Assembly (NCBI GenBank): GCA_045808425.1
Contig: JBJMFM010000010.1
Coordinates: 12,044-44,043, forward strand
Source of the DNA: Nitrososphaeraceae archaeon
Lineage (GTDB): Archaea; Thermoproteota; Nitrososphaeria; Nitrososphaerales; Nitrososphaeraceae
DNA length: 32,000 bases
Direction: 5' to 3'
Part shown: positions 8,930-17,742 of the stretch, one piece after another
How the letters are laid out: the number at the start of each line of letters is the position of its first letter
Numbering within the stretch: position 1 is the first letter of the stretch
Notes under the pieces: generated by a model
What the model was told of the DNA's origin: nothing
What the model saw: only the letters and a program-made list of their open reading frames with translations
Databases searched by the model: none
Translations under genes and position numbers: made by a program

Positions 8930-9883
8930 TCAGGCCAGAGGGTTTTTATTTATGATTTCGTCCAGACATTCTATAATATCGCTTTTTGCAATAGGTATAG
9001 GATTATTGTCAAGATGGCCCCGATCTGGCATTATTACATCTGCTGCTTTATCAAGCGGTTGCTTTAGAGTTAAAGGTTCGAATTTTAATTTTTGACAAAT
9101 CCGCTTAAATCGTTCGTAATATATAGACTTGTTAAATTTATGTGCAACAGTAGTGCACGACGACAGAGCATATCCATGAGGTACACCTTCGTTTGAAAAT
9201 ACATATGATAGAGCATGACCTAAAGTAGTAGAGGCATTTCCAAAACCTATGCCTGAGAGCATTGCTCCATATGGCAGCAAGTGAGATTTATCGTTGATAA
9301 TAGCATCCTCTAAAATATCAAACGCTTCTCTGCAAAATAGTTTTGTAAATGGATTGGCAAGCTTACTGTCAAATGCCTCTGAGGCCTGAGCGGCTGCGTC
9401 ACATGCAGAATTTCTCATAATATTAAATGGCGTACCAGGCAAGAAATATGGGTCAACAATCGCTGCATCTGCTAGAAAGGCCTCATCTTGAAGCAATTTT
9501 TTTTTGTGCTCAAAGCTGATAACAGCATAGGTCGTCATCTCCGCGCCAGTCCCGAAAGTTGTTGGAATAAGAATCTTAGGTATGCCTGTGAGTTTACCGA
9601 GATATTTGCATACATCCATCGAGCTTCCACCTCCAAGGCCTATATAAGCAGAAATATCTTTTTTACCTTCATATTCTTTTCTTATTGTTTCAACGGTTTC
9701 AATTGCAGGATCAGGTGTCACCTTGTCGTAGACCTCATAGTTCTTTATCTGCATGTACTCTAGCCATTTATTGTAAATATCAGGAGTTGTTGTCGTTATA
9801 ATTAATGAGTTCTTTGGATATTCAAATTCCTTGGCTGCATTTTCGCCAAAGGCTATTTTTTTTGGAGTCATGACCTTCCACAT
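8930..9883 (-). CDS. Iron-containing alcohol dehydrogenase family protein (candidate succinic/malonic semialdehyde reductase)
   Basis: 'PKKIAFGENAAKEF', 'AYIGLGGGSSMDVCKYLG', 'IPKILIPTTFGTGAEMT', 'TTLGHALSYVFSNEGVPHGYA'. Confidence 0.88.
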   Translation of the reverse strand: MWKVMTPKKIAFGENAAKEFEYPKNSLIITTTTPDIYNKWLEYMQIKNYEVYDKVTPDPAIETVETIRKEYEGKKDISAYIGLGGGSSMDVCKYLGKLTGIPKILIPTTFGTGAEMTTYAVISFEHKKKLLQDEAFLADAAIVDPYFLPGTPFNIMRNSACDAAAQASEAFDSKLANPFTKLFCREAFDILEDAIINDKSHLLPYGAMLSGIGFGNASTTLGHALSYVFSNEGVPHGYALSSCTTVAHKFNKSIYYERFKRICQKLKFEPLTLKQPLDKAADVIMPDRGHLDNNPIPIAKSDIIECLDEIINKNPLA

Positions 9884-10054
9884 AAGAAATCAGGTTATTA
9901 GCTTGGGGTTTTATGCTTTACTGACCTACTAGATATGTTAATGCATAAAAAGAATCATTGTCATTAATTATTATCAGTTAAACCTGCTAATTTAGCGCCT
10001 TCGTCTGCGTGCATATCTGTTTTAATTTGTTTTGGTCGTCGATGGCAACGACGA

Positions 10055-10513
10055 TTAGCTGGTAGACGATGTTTTAAGTATGTTTTGAATATCTATGATT
10101 TTCCTAGAGTATAAAACAGTAATTAATATCATTGCGAATAGCACCAGCCCAAGACCGAGGTGCACCGTTACCAGCATTGCATGCAATCGTTCTACTATTA
10201 CTACTGCGCCGAGAGTTATTTGGCCTATGGCAGCACAGCTAGCAATTGTCGAGGCTATTTTCATTGCCTTTGGGGTAATTTTTGACCTTAAGGTGAAGAA
10301 CATGGTGAGAAATACTAACAAGGCAGTTGTAGCAGCCACAGACCTGTGAAAGTACTCTATAAGAAATTCGCTCATAGGAACAAAACCAGCAGGACAAAGT
10401 GGCCATTTAGGACATGTTAGTCCTACCCCTGAAGCGCTGACATAACCGCCTATAAACATAAGAGTAAAGACTGATCCAAGCGTGACAAGAGGAAGCGTTT
10501 TGATGAGCGCCAT
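10055..10513 (-). CDS. ctaA: Half-size heme A synthase (CtaA/COX15-like), about 4 TM
   Basis: 152 aa. 'GGYVSASGVGLTCPKWPLCPAG', 'YFHRSVAA', 'RLHAMLVTVHLGLG' contain the conserved His ligands and Cys pair. Located beside coxA. Confidence 0.85.
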   Translation of the reverse strand: MALIKTLPLVTLGSVFTLMFIGGYVSASGVGLTCPKWPLCPAGFVPMSEFLIEYFHRSVAATTALLVFLTMFFTLRSKITPKAMKIASTIASCAAIGQITLGAVVIVERLHAMLVTVHLGLGLVLFAMILITVLYSRKIIDIQNILKTSSTS

Positions 10514-10637
10514 ATTATGATTATAATATATACCTTTTTTTCTTCTTTCTCCGGCTATGTCTGATACTTTAAATCAATTGTCAATGTCGCCAGCAAGTGA
10601 TAAATTGTGCTGCTACTATAATACCAGAGCATTCAGA

Positions 10638-11666
10638 TCACTGAACTTTTAGTGTTCCTGTCATATACGGATGAAGGTCACAGTGGAAAGGATATTCACC
10701 TGCCTTGAGACTAGCTGTAGAAAATTTCCCTGATGCGCTAGGACTGATAATGCTTGTATCAAAATCCTTACCTTTATTTGGATCCTCTAATGTTTTGCCA
10801 CTTGTGACTGTGTGTGGACTCTGATCTTTATTTTGTACTTGTACGGTATCACCTGTCTTTACAGACAGGGTAGCAGGCTGATAAGAAGGATTACCCTGAA
10901 CAGAGGCGCCCTGTGGAATAGATAGGGTAGGTCCAGAAGCTGCTGTAGGGGAAGTACTGGCTGTGCCAGCTGCCCCTCCGGCACCAGCAGCCGCTGGACT
11001 TGAAGTAGCATTGCCTTGAGAAGATGAAGACGAAGAAGATGAAGCAGAAGCAGCAGTAACTGTAAGCTTCGCAGTCATATATGGATGTATTTGACAATAA
11101 TACGCCAGTACCTCTCCAACCTTTACATTCTTAATTTCGATGGGATCCGAGTTCGATCCTGCATTGATCATTTTTGTATCAAACGCTTTGCCAGAATTTG
11201 CATCAGTAGCACCAGAACCAGATGTTGCAGTATGCACAGTAGTGTCTTTATTTTGCCATACTACTTTACTTGCAAGTGGTACTTTACCATCCGCTGGTTC
11301 ATAATTGGGATTCCCTTGTACAGAAGCGCCTGCCAATATGGTTATCGCAGTAGCACCAGGTGGAAGAGCGGCGGCAGGCTGTGTGCTTGCAGCCGTACCG
11401 CCACCACCACCAACAGCCCCAGAAGAAGCACCCCCTCCTGCTGTTGTTGTTCCACCCTCAGTACCACCAGAAGACGCTGCTTTTGTTGTAATCGTTGAAA
11501 CAGGCGGTGGATTTTTCGCAAAGTTATGCCAATTTGGGACTGCTACAGCCGCACCAAAAGCTATCACAACAACTATGATCGCAAGGCCTTTTGCCATGCG
11601 TCTGCCGCTAGTTCTAATGATGTGGCTCTCGTCTTCGGTAGTCATAATATTCCTCACTAATACCAA
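10638..11666 (-). CDS. Membrane-anchored protein with two cupredoxin (amicyanin/plastocyanin-like) domains
   Basis: N-terminal TM 'GLAIIVVVIAFGAAVAV'. Two Cu-site motifs, 'YYCQIHPYM' and 'FHCDLHPYM' (C-x2-H-x2-M), each with an upstream His (VHTATSG / PHTVTSG). Ser/Ala/Gly linkers. The start may be at an internal Met (MTTEDE...). Confidence 0.9.
   Translation of the reverse strand: MVLVRNIMTTEDESHIIRTSGRRMAKGLAIIVVVIAFGAAVAVPNWHNFAKNPPPVSTITTKAASSGGTEGGTTTAGGGASSGAVGGGGGTAASTQPAAALPPGATAITILAGASVQGNPNYEPADGKVPLASKVVWQNKDTTVHTATSGSGATDANSGKAFDTKMINAGSNSDPIEIKNVKVGEVLAYYCQIHPYMTAKLTVTAASASSSSSSSSQGNATSSPAAAGAGGAAGTASTSPTAASGPTLSIPQGASVQGNPSYQPATLSVKTGDTVQVQNKDQSPHTVTSGKTLEDPNKGKDFDTSIISPSASGKFSTASLKAGEYPFHCDLHPYMTGTLKVQ
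10645..10949. repeat. Copy A of a 305-bp nearly identical duplicated cupredoxin-coding segment
   Basis: Aligns without gaps to 13433..13737, with 5 mismatches counted by eye. Confidence 0.93.
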
Positions 11667-13137
11667 ACGGATCTCTCATATCTGCTAGCTTACCGCTGCC
11701 CGCGCTTTTTATCAAGTTCACAAGCATTAGTATATAGGAAGGTCCGATCATCCAGGCGCCTACTGAAGCTATTTGGTTCATTATAATTAGCGCAGGAACC
11801 GGCAAATAGTCAAATACTCTTCTTGGCATTCCTTGTAATCCAAGCAAATGCTGAGTCATAAATACCAATATGATGCCTATGAATGCTACCGCAAAGTGAA
11901 CCTTGGCCCACTTTTCATTGTACATTCTTCCTGTAATTAATGGGAACAGGTAATAGATGAAGCCTGTAAATATAAGAGAGACAGTTCCCATCAACAACAA
12001 GTGAAAGTGTCCAACAACAAAGTAGCTGTCATGTGTGATAAAGTCCAATGGCATGGCTGTATTTACTACTCCTCCTGCACCTGACGTAAAGAATAACATG
12101 ATACCGCCTACCGCGAACAACATCGGGGCTGCAAATCTGATTCTTCCACCCCACATTGTTGCTATCCAATTGAAAACATGCATAGACGAAGCAGGTACGG
12201 CAGCCAACGTTCCTACCATAAACACAGTCTTTTCAGTGAAACTCATGCCTGTTGCAAACATATGATGAGCCCATGAAGCAAATCCAATTGTGCCTAACAA
12301 TATGAATGCTGTTACTCCTGACTGGTAACTGAAGATCGGTTTCCTAGAGAATTTAGGTATAAGCTCATAAGCCATACCTACAGCTGGTATCAAGAATATA
12401 TACACCTCAGGATGGAATGTAAACCAGAACAGATGCTGGTATGCAATTGGATCTCCACCCATGGCTGGATTGAAAAAGCCAGATATACCGAGTCTATCAG
12501 TATACGTCATAATCAGTGCAGACGCCACTGTTGGCATCGAAACAATTATCATAAATGATGTTATTAGAGTAGCCCACGCAAATAATGACATTTTCATTAT
12601 TGGCAAATCAGGATGCTTCATCTTTAGTATAGTAACGACGAAGTTAATCGAACCAAGTATAGAAGAAATTCCAAGGATCTTCATACCAAAGACCCACATG
12701 TCGGCAGCAGGTCCTGCGGCCCTAATAATAGAATATGGAGGATAAGCTGTCCAGCCAGTATCGGAGAACCCCAGCCATATTAGTGCACCTGCAACAGGGA
12801 TCATCCAGTAGGCTACCGCATTTAGCTTTGGCCATGCCATATCTTTGTATCTGACCATAATAGGGATGAGATAGTTTCCTACACCAGCTCCGAAAGGAAT
12901 TACCCATAATAGCAACATCGTAGTTCCATGTACTGTGAAGAAGCGTTCAAAATCATTTGGACTTGAGAATATTTGCTGCCCGGGTAAGAATAGCTCTGCA
13001 CGTATTGCAAGCGCAAGTCCACCTCCAGCTATAAGAAACGCAATTGATGTTATAATGTAAAGCAGACCAATATCTGTGTGATGAGTAGAAAAAAGAATCT
13101 CCCACATAGGACGAGGCTTCTTAACTTCTAGAACCAA
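11614..13137 (-). CDS. coxA: Heme-copper oxidase (cytochrome c oxidase-type) subunit I
   Basis: 507 aa, many TM segments. 'FFTVHGTTMLLLW', 'FWFTFHPEVYIFLIPAVGM', 'WAHHMFATGM', 'HDSYFVVGHFHLLL'. Confidence 0.97.
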   Translation of the reverse strand: MVLEVKKPRPMWEILFSTHHTDIGLLYIITSIAFLIAGGGLALAIRAELFLPGQQIFSSPNDFERFFTVHGTTMLLLWVIPFGAGVGNYLIPIMVRYKDMAWPKLNAVAYWMIPVAGALIWLGFSDTGWTAYPPYSIIRAAGPAADMWVFGMKILGISSILGSINFVVTILKMKHPDLPIMKMSLFAWATLITSFMIIVSMPTVASALIMTYTDRLGISGFFNPAMGGDPIAYQHLFWFTFHPEVYIFLIPAVGMAYELIPKFSRKPIFSYQSGVTAFILLGTIGFASWAHHMFATGMSFTEKTVFMVGTLAAVPASSMHVFNWIATMWGGRIRFAAPMLFAVGGIMLFFTSGAGGVVNTAMPLDFITHDSYFVVGHFHLLLMGTVSLIFTGFIYYLFPLITGRMYNEKWAKVHFAVAFIGIILVFMTQHLLGLQGMPRRVFDYLPVPALIIMNQIASVGAWMIGPSYILMLVNLIKSAGSGKLADMRDPFGISEEYYDYRRREPHH

Positions 13138-13425
13138 TGCACATATCCACCTATTTTGTACATATGATTCTTAATGTAAATAAAAGTATTTTGTTTTTCA
13201 GTTATGTAAGATATAGTGTGGTTGCAATTTATTAAGTAAATAGCAAAAAAACTCACACATACCTTGCTTGTTAGTAAGGAATCTATCCGAATAGAACAAG
13301 TTCATTTACAAAGAGTCGAAGATTGGTGAAACCTTGGGGGCATGTTTATGGTTGCTGTTTACTAACGAGTAGCGCGTTTCAGTGTATATAATATTTACTT
13401 CGCTTAACTATTGCTGTTCTTTCAC

Positions 13426-14253
13426 CTATTGCACTTTTAGTGTTCCTGTCATATACGGATGAAGGTCACAGTGGAAAGGATATTCACCTGCCTTGAGACT
13501 AGCTGTAGAAATTTTCGCTGATGCGCTAGGACTGATAATGCTTGTATCAAAATCCTTACCTTTATTGGGATCCTCTAATGTTTTGCCACTTGTGACTGTG
13601 TGTGGACTCTGGTCTTTATTTAGTACTTGTACGGTATCACCTGTCTTTACAGACAGGGTAGCAGGCTGATAAGAAGGATTACCCTGAACAGAGGCGCCCT
13701 GTGGAATAGATAGGGTAGGTCCAGAAGCTGCTGTAGGAGTGGCAGAACTTGTAGTTCCACCGCTTGGAGCGGCAGGACCTGCTCCTCCTACTGCGGAGGT
13801 TTCGTTAGTAGGAGCGTAATCAAAACCTTTCGCAGTTGCTGGTTCCACTAACACTTTTGCTCTCATGTTATAGTGTAATAAACCACAATACTCTCTGCAT
13901 TGAATCAGGTATTCTCCGGGCTGATCAAAGACATTCCATACCGTGTTAACTCTACCTGGAACTGCATCCATAAGTATGGTAAAGTCAGGGATATTAAATG
14001 AGTGAATGACATCTTTAGAAACGGTTTCAAATCTGTATGGTACACCAGCTTTTACATGCAGCTGACCAACTTCTTGTGTTCCATTAGCATGTTCAAAAGT
14101 CCAGAACCACTGCTGGCCTATTGCCTTAATAGTTTGAGCCTGAGGAGGAATAGCCTCTAGTCTATGTTCAGTATTCCAAGCGTCGGCTCCTACCCATGTA
14201 AGAAGCGCTATTACGACGCCAACATAAAGCCACTCATATGTTGCATGACCCAT
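13426..14253 (-). CDS. coxB: Heme-copper oxidase subunit II, CuA domain with a C-terminal cupredoxin domain
   Basis: 'IGQQWFWTFEHANG', 'DVIHSFNIPDF', CuA motif 'CREYCGLLHYNM', then a Gly/Ser/Ala linker and a cupredoxin ending 'YPFHCDLHPYMTGTLKVQ'. Confidence 0.93.
   Translation of the reverse strand: MGHATYEWLYVGVVIALLTWVGADAWNTEHRLEAIPPQAQTIKAIGQQWFWTFEHANGTQEVGQLHVKAGVPYRFETVSKDVIHSFNIPDFTILMDAVPGRVNTVWNVFDQPGEYLIQCREYCGLLHYNMRAKVLVEPATAKGFDYAPTNETSAVGGAGPAAPSGGTTSSATPTAASGPTLSIPQGASVQGNPSYQPATLSVKTGDTVQVLNKDQSPHTVTSGKTLEDPNKGKDFDTSIISPSASAKISTASLKAGEYPFHCDLHPYMTGTLKVQ
13433..13737. repeat. Copy B of the 305-bp duplicated cupredoxin-coding segment
   Basis: Aligns without gaps to 10645..10949 (see copy A). 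Confidence 0.93.
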
Positions 14254-14588
14254 TATCTATATGTGCCCTCCGTTGGCTCGCGAGGTATAATATTCTTTTT
14301 ATTACCTTCTCTGAATCTCCATCCAACATAGATAATACTACCCTGAACAACGGCACCTACAACAAAGGCTGCTACCATGCCTCTGTAAAAAAGAGCCCAA
14401 ATCTCAACTCTTCTATTAAGATACTGCTGTGCTTGAGAAGAAGTAGATGATTCTTGAGCGAAGGCTGGCAGAATAACAAGACTTAAAATGAATATTGCAG
14501 CAAGAGGACAAAGAACTGCTAAAAGCAATCCCAAATTTGATCTTAGTAATTTCATGTGTGTTACTATTCCTCTGTTTTCAGTGCACAA
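14253..14588 (-). CDS. Membrane protein, probable N-terminal (TM1) part of oxidase subunit II
   Basis: 111 aa with a signal-like TM plus 'VEIWALFYRGMVAAFVVGAVVQGSIIYVGWRFRE', resembling COX2 TM1. Its stop overlaps the next gene's start by 1 nt (TAATG). Confidence 0.7.
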   Translation of the reverse strand: MCTENRGIVTHMKLLRSNLGLLLAVLCPLAAIFILSLVILPAFAQESSTSSQAQQYLNRRVEIWALFYRGMVAAFVVGAVVQGSIIYVGWRFREGNKKNIIPREPTEGTYR

Positions 14589-14934
14589 TAAGTTCTGTTA
14601 TCTAATTTAAGGTTTTTGAAAACTATTCTAAATATTGTCTTATTAAATAATTAGTCAGCTATTAGAGCATTTATTATGGGACTGATGAAGACTTCATTTT
14701 TATCAGGATCAAAACGGGTAACATGCAACGATTTGTGATTCGGTGCTCTCTCCACAAGGGAACTAGATTAGAAGGTGTGGAGCAGTGAATTGTGCCCGCT
14801 CCTATAAGGAAAGACAATAGTTAAGTTGTGCTACAAACTTTATTCAGTGGATCGTCCCCACCCCTATAATGAAAGACGATATATGTGTTACAACATATAC
14901 CCGAAAAGCAACGAGATATCCATATCAGTTGATT

Positions 14935-16062
14935 TTACAGCGCATTCACAAATTGACTCTGCAATTTTCTTTTCTCTGCCTTCATCAGATAAACGATGCC
15001 TATCACCAAAGAAAGTTCCAAAGTCTTATCTAATATTCCACCTAGGTCTACATCTTCTGGTACATTATTTGGTGAAAGAGGGGGTGGAAATATAACTGAA
15101 TACGTATAAAGTCCCAATAATATCGCGCTGCCTACCAATCCAAAGAGATTGACTATAATACTCTTGCGATAATACGATTTTGCAAATTCTCTGCTTTTAC
15201 CTAGTATTGATTCGCCTGCAATAGTAAGCAATACATACAACATGCTATAAGCAATCTGAGAGGCTCCCGCAGCTAATAAAAATATGCTATACTCTATCCT
15301 AAGACCACCGTGTTCAGAATAAACTGCTAGGTGTACAATACCTGATGAAATTGCCAACAGAAGAACTGAATATTTTATGACTTCGTCTTTCGTCAAGTTT
15401 GGATAAAGGCTGTTACCCCTGTGTTTTATTCTATTTCTATATGTGAATAGCAAAACTACTCCAAAAATAATAATAGCTGATAGTATTCCCACGAATACTG
15501 CTATGTTAAAGATGTTTCCAAAGTTCTCAGAAACAGATACATTGAAAACTGCTCTATCGCAACTGCAGTTTAAGTTACTGCTAAGGACGTTTCTGGGAGG
15601 ATCTACGCCATACAAGTTTACATGATTGCTATTAGTAGCACCGTCAGCAATACTGATGACTATTTCATAGAGCCCTATCCTTGGAAAGGTATAGAATAGA
15701 TCGAAATCTCCTAAATTTTGCTTTGTCCAGGGATATACGCTGATCCTCTCTCCGGTACTTACAGAATAGATTTCTACCATCGTTAAGACATTATATACAT
15801 CATTACCGTTCATATTATCCTGGATACTAAAGCTAATTTTGGTAGGATGTTTCGGGGGAGTATATTCGGGGTCGAGTTGTTCATTTATGTAATATTTGCC
15901 CAATCCTATTCCACCTGTATTGTAATGCGCTAAATGACTAAAATGTGCATAAGACTGTGGTACGAGATATGAACAACTAGAAAACAATATTATCAGGATG
16001 CAAGCTAGTATTAAAAAAGTATTTTTATAAACACCTATTTTAAATGGTGTTTGTCTAGCCAT
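14935..16062 (-). CDS. Secreted/membrane protein with signal peptide, extracytoplasmic domain and about 5-6 TM; function unknown
   Basis: 375 aa. N-terminal hydrophobic signal followed by 'QSYAHFSHLAHYNTGG', 'NLNCSCD', then multiple hydrophobic helices. Confidence 0.8.
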   Translation of the reverse strand: MARQTPFKIGVYKNTFLILACILIILFSSCSYLVPQSYAHFSHLAHYNTGGIGLGKYYINEQLDPEYTPPKHPTKISFSIQDNMNGNDVYNVLTMVEIYSVSTGERISVYPWTKQNLGDFDLFYTFPRIGLYEIVISIADGATNSNHVNLYGVDPPRNVLSSNLNCSCDRAVFNVSVSENFGNIFNIAVFVGILSAIIIFGVVLLFTYRNRIKHRGNSLYPNLTKDEVIKYSVLLLAISSGIVHLAVYSEHGGLRIEYSIFLLAAGASQIAYSMLYVLLTIAGESILGKSREFAKSYYRKSIIVNLFGLVGSAILLGLYTYSVIFPPPLSPNNVPEDVDLGGILDKTLELSLVIGIVYLMKAEKRKLQSQFVNAL

Positions 16063-16285
16063 TATGACATGTGTATGGCAATGCGATAATATAATGTATA
16101 GTCATAGTATATTATACTGCTCGAGTGGAGGTGTAGCACACAAGCTGATGGCACACCAGATGACGCTTTACACATAAAGATATGATCGTAATTCAAAGAG
16201 GCACAAATACTAACAGCATTTATCATAATATAACATGTTTGTAGTCAAGAAATCAGGCAACCGGTGATTTATTGCAATTTATCAA

Positions 16286-16918
16286 TTACTCCTTTATGTA
16301 ACGATCCATCCCCATTACATTGACACCACTTAGGGAGTAAACGTTGCTCTCATGTTTTAAAATCGTTAATGATGCATTTTGTATATGCCAGTTATAAAGG
16401 GCTCGGGGATTCAGATCAAGTAGAGTGGATAGTGCAGCCTTGATGGGGTCTAAATGAGTTATTAACAGTACATTTTTGTCTTGGTGGTTTTTCATAACTT
16501 CATCTAACAAGTGTCTTATTCTTAATTTTACAGAACAAAAACTCTCGACACCATATCTTGTCAGCATTGAGTCGCTATCAGCATAGAATTTTAAGAATAA
16601 ATTTCCAAACTTTTGAATTATTTCTTCAAAATTCATGCCAACTAGCTTGCCAAGCTCAATTTCGTATAACCTTTCGTCTATCTGATAGTCCAGTTCTAAA
16701 ATTTTGCAAACGATCTTTGCAGTTTCGATGGTTCTGATGACAGGACTTACATACACTTTTTGAATAGGTATATTCTTCAAGTACTTGGCTGTATCGGCTA
16801 CCTGCTTTTTGCCATATTCAGTGAGATGTGATTCAATGTGCCTACCAACAAGTATTCTCTTGACGTTATTATCCGCTTGTCCGTGGCGCATCAATATTGC
16901 TAGCGGCAATTCACCCAA
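16286..16918 (-). CDS. Histidine phosphatase (phosphoglycerate mutase-like) family protein
   Basis: 'AILMRHGQADNN' (RHG motif), 'LTEYGKKQVADTAKYL', 'VYVSPVIRTIETAKIV', 'VLLITHLDPIKAAL'. Confidence 0.9.
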   Translation of the reverse strand: MGELPLAILMRHGQADNNVKRILVGRHIESHLTEYGKKQVADTAKYLKNIPIQKVYVSPVIRTIETAKIVCKILELDYQIDERLYEIELGKLVGMNFEEIIQKFGNLFLKFYADSDSMLTRYGVESFCSVKLRIRHLLDEVMKNHQDKNVLLITHLDPIKAALSTLLDLNPRALYNWHIQNASLTILKHESNVYSLSGVNVMGMDRYIKE

Positions 16919-17061
16919 ACTTTACATCTAGAGCATATTAATTTTGACTGGCTGCGGTAATATGATAATATGAGGAGATGTGTTTTCTTTCAGTTGCACA
17001 GCGAATCGCCTTGCTTCCTGATATCCTTATATCTGATCTTTTGTGAAATGAGTCATACCAC

Positions 17062-17736
17062 ATGAGAATAGGAATAATCGGTGGAACTGGTGGGATGGGA
17101 GAAGGTTTTGCATTGAGATGGTGTTTTACACATGATGTCATAATAGGTTCAAGGGATGCTCAGAGAGCAAAACAAGCTGCAGACAACTACATCAAAATAG
17201 CTCTCGAAGCATATGGAAAGAGTATTACCGGTAGTATTACCGGGGATGATAATTTTGAACTTGCCAGAAATTGCGATCTCTTAATATTATCTGTGCCATA
17301 TGAGAATATCGAGAGTACATGCAACAACCTTCAGCAAACAATAAGAAATGATTGTGTTGTTGTGTCTCCAATTGTCCCGATGACTAAAACTCAAGCAGGT
17401 TTTGTTTACATTCCTTTTGAACAGAGACTAAGAGCCGCCGCTTGCATGGTTGCAGATGCGTTACCCCCTCGGTCCAGAGTCATTTCGGCCTTCCATACTA
17501 TTTCTGAGGTTAAATTAAGAAATGTAAAACAGAGCCTAGACACCGATACATTTGTTTGCGGTGATGATGTTAATACAGTGTCAAGAGTAAATAGCTTGAT
17601 TTCTGAAATTAACGGTCTTCGTGCTATTTACCTAGGGCCTTTATCTATGACATATCAGGCTGAAATTCTAACTCCAATGTTATTAAATGCAGCGAAAATG
17701 AATAAAATGAAAAATCCTGGAATCAGATTAGTGTAG
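17062..17736 (+). CDS. NADPH:F420 reductase-like oxidoreductase
   Basis: 'MRIGIIGGTGGMGEGFALRW', 'VIIGSRDAQRA', 'DLLILSVPYENI', 'VSPIVPM' match the F420-dependent NADP reductase pattern. Confidence 0.88.
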   Translation: MRIGIIGGTGGMGEGFALRWCFTHDVIIGSRDAQRAKQAADNYIKIALEAYGKSITGSITGDDNFELARNCDLLILSVPYENIESTCNNLQQTIRNDCVVVSPIVPMTKTQAGFVYIPFEQRLRAAACMVADALPPRSRVISAFHTISEVKLRNVKQSLDTDTFVCGDDVNTVSRVNSLISEINGLRAIYLGPLSMTYQAEILTPMLLNAAKMNKMKNPGIRLV

Positions 17737-17742
17737 TATGCC

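Noticed and set aside
11085-11498. 137-aa plus-strand ORF with Thr/Ser/Cys-rich composition
   Set aside because: It is antisense to the low-complexity linker region of the cupredoxin gene; the composition is a by-product of the GC-rich Ser/Ala/Gly coding repeats. The same applies to 10891..11097 and 11305..11688.
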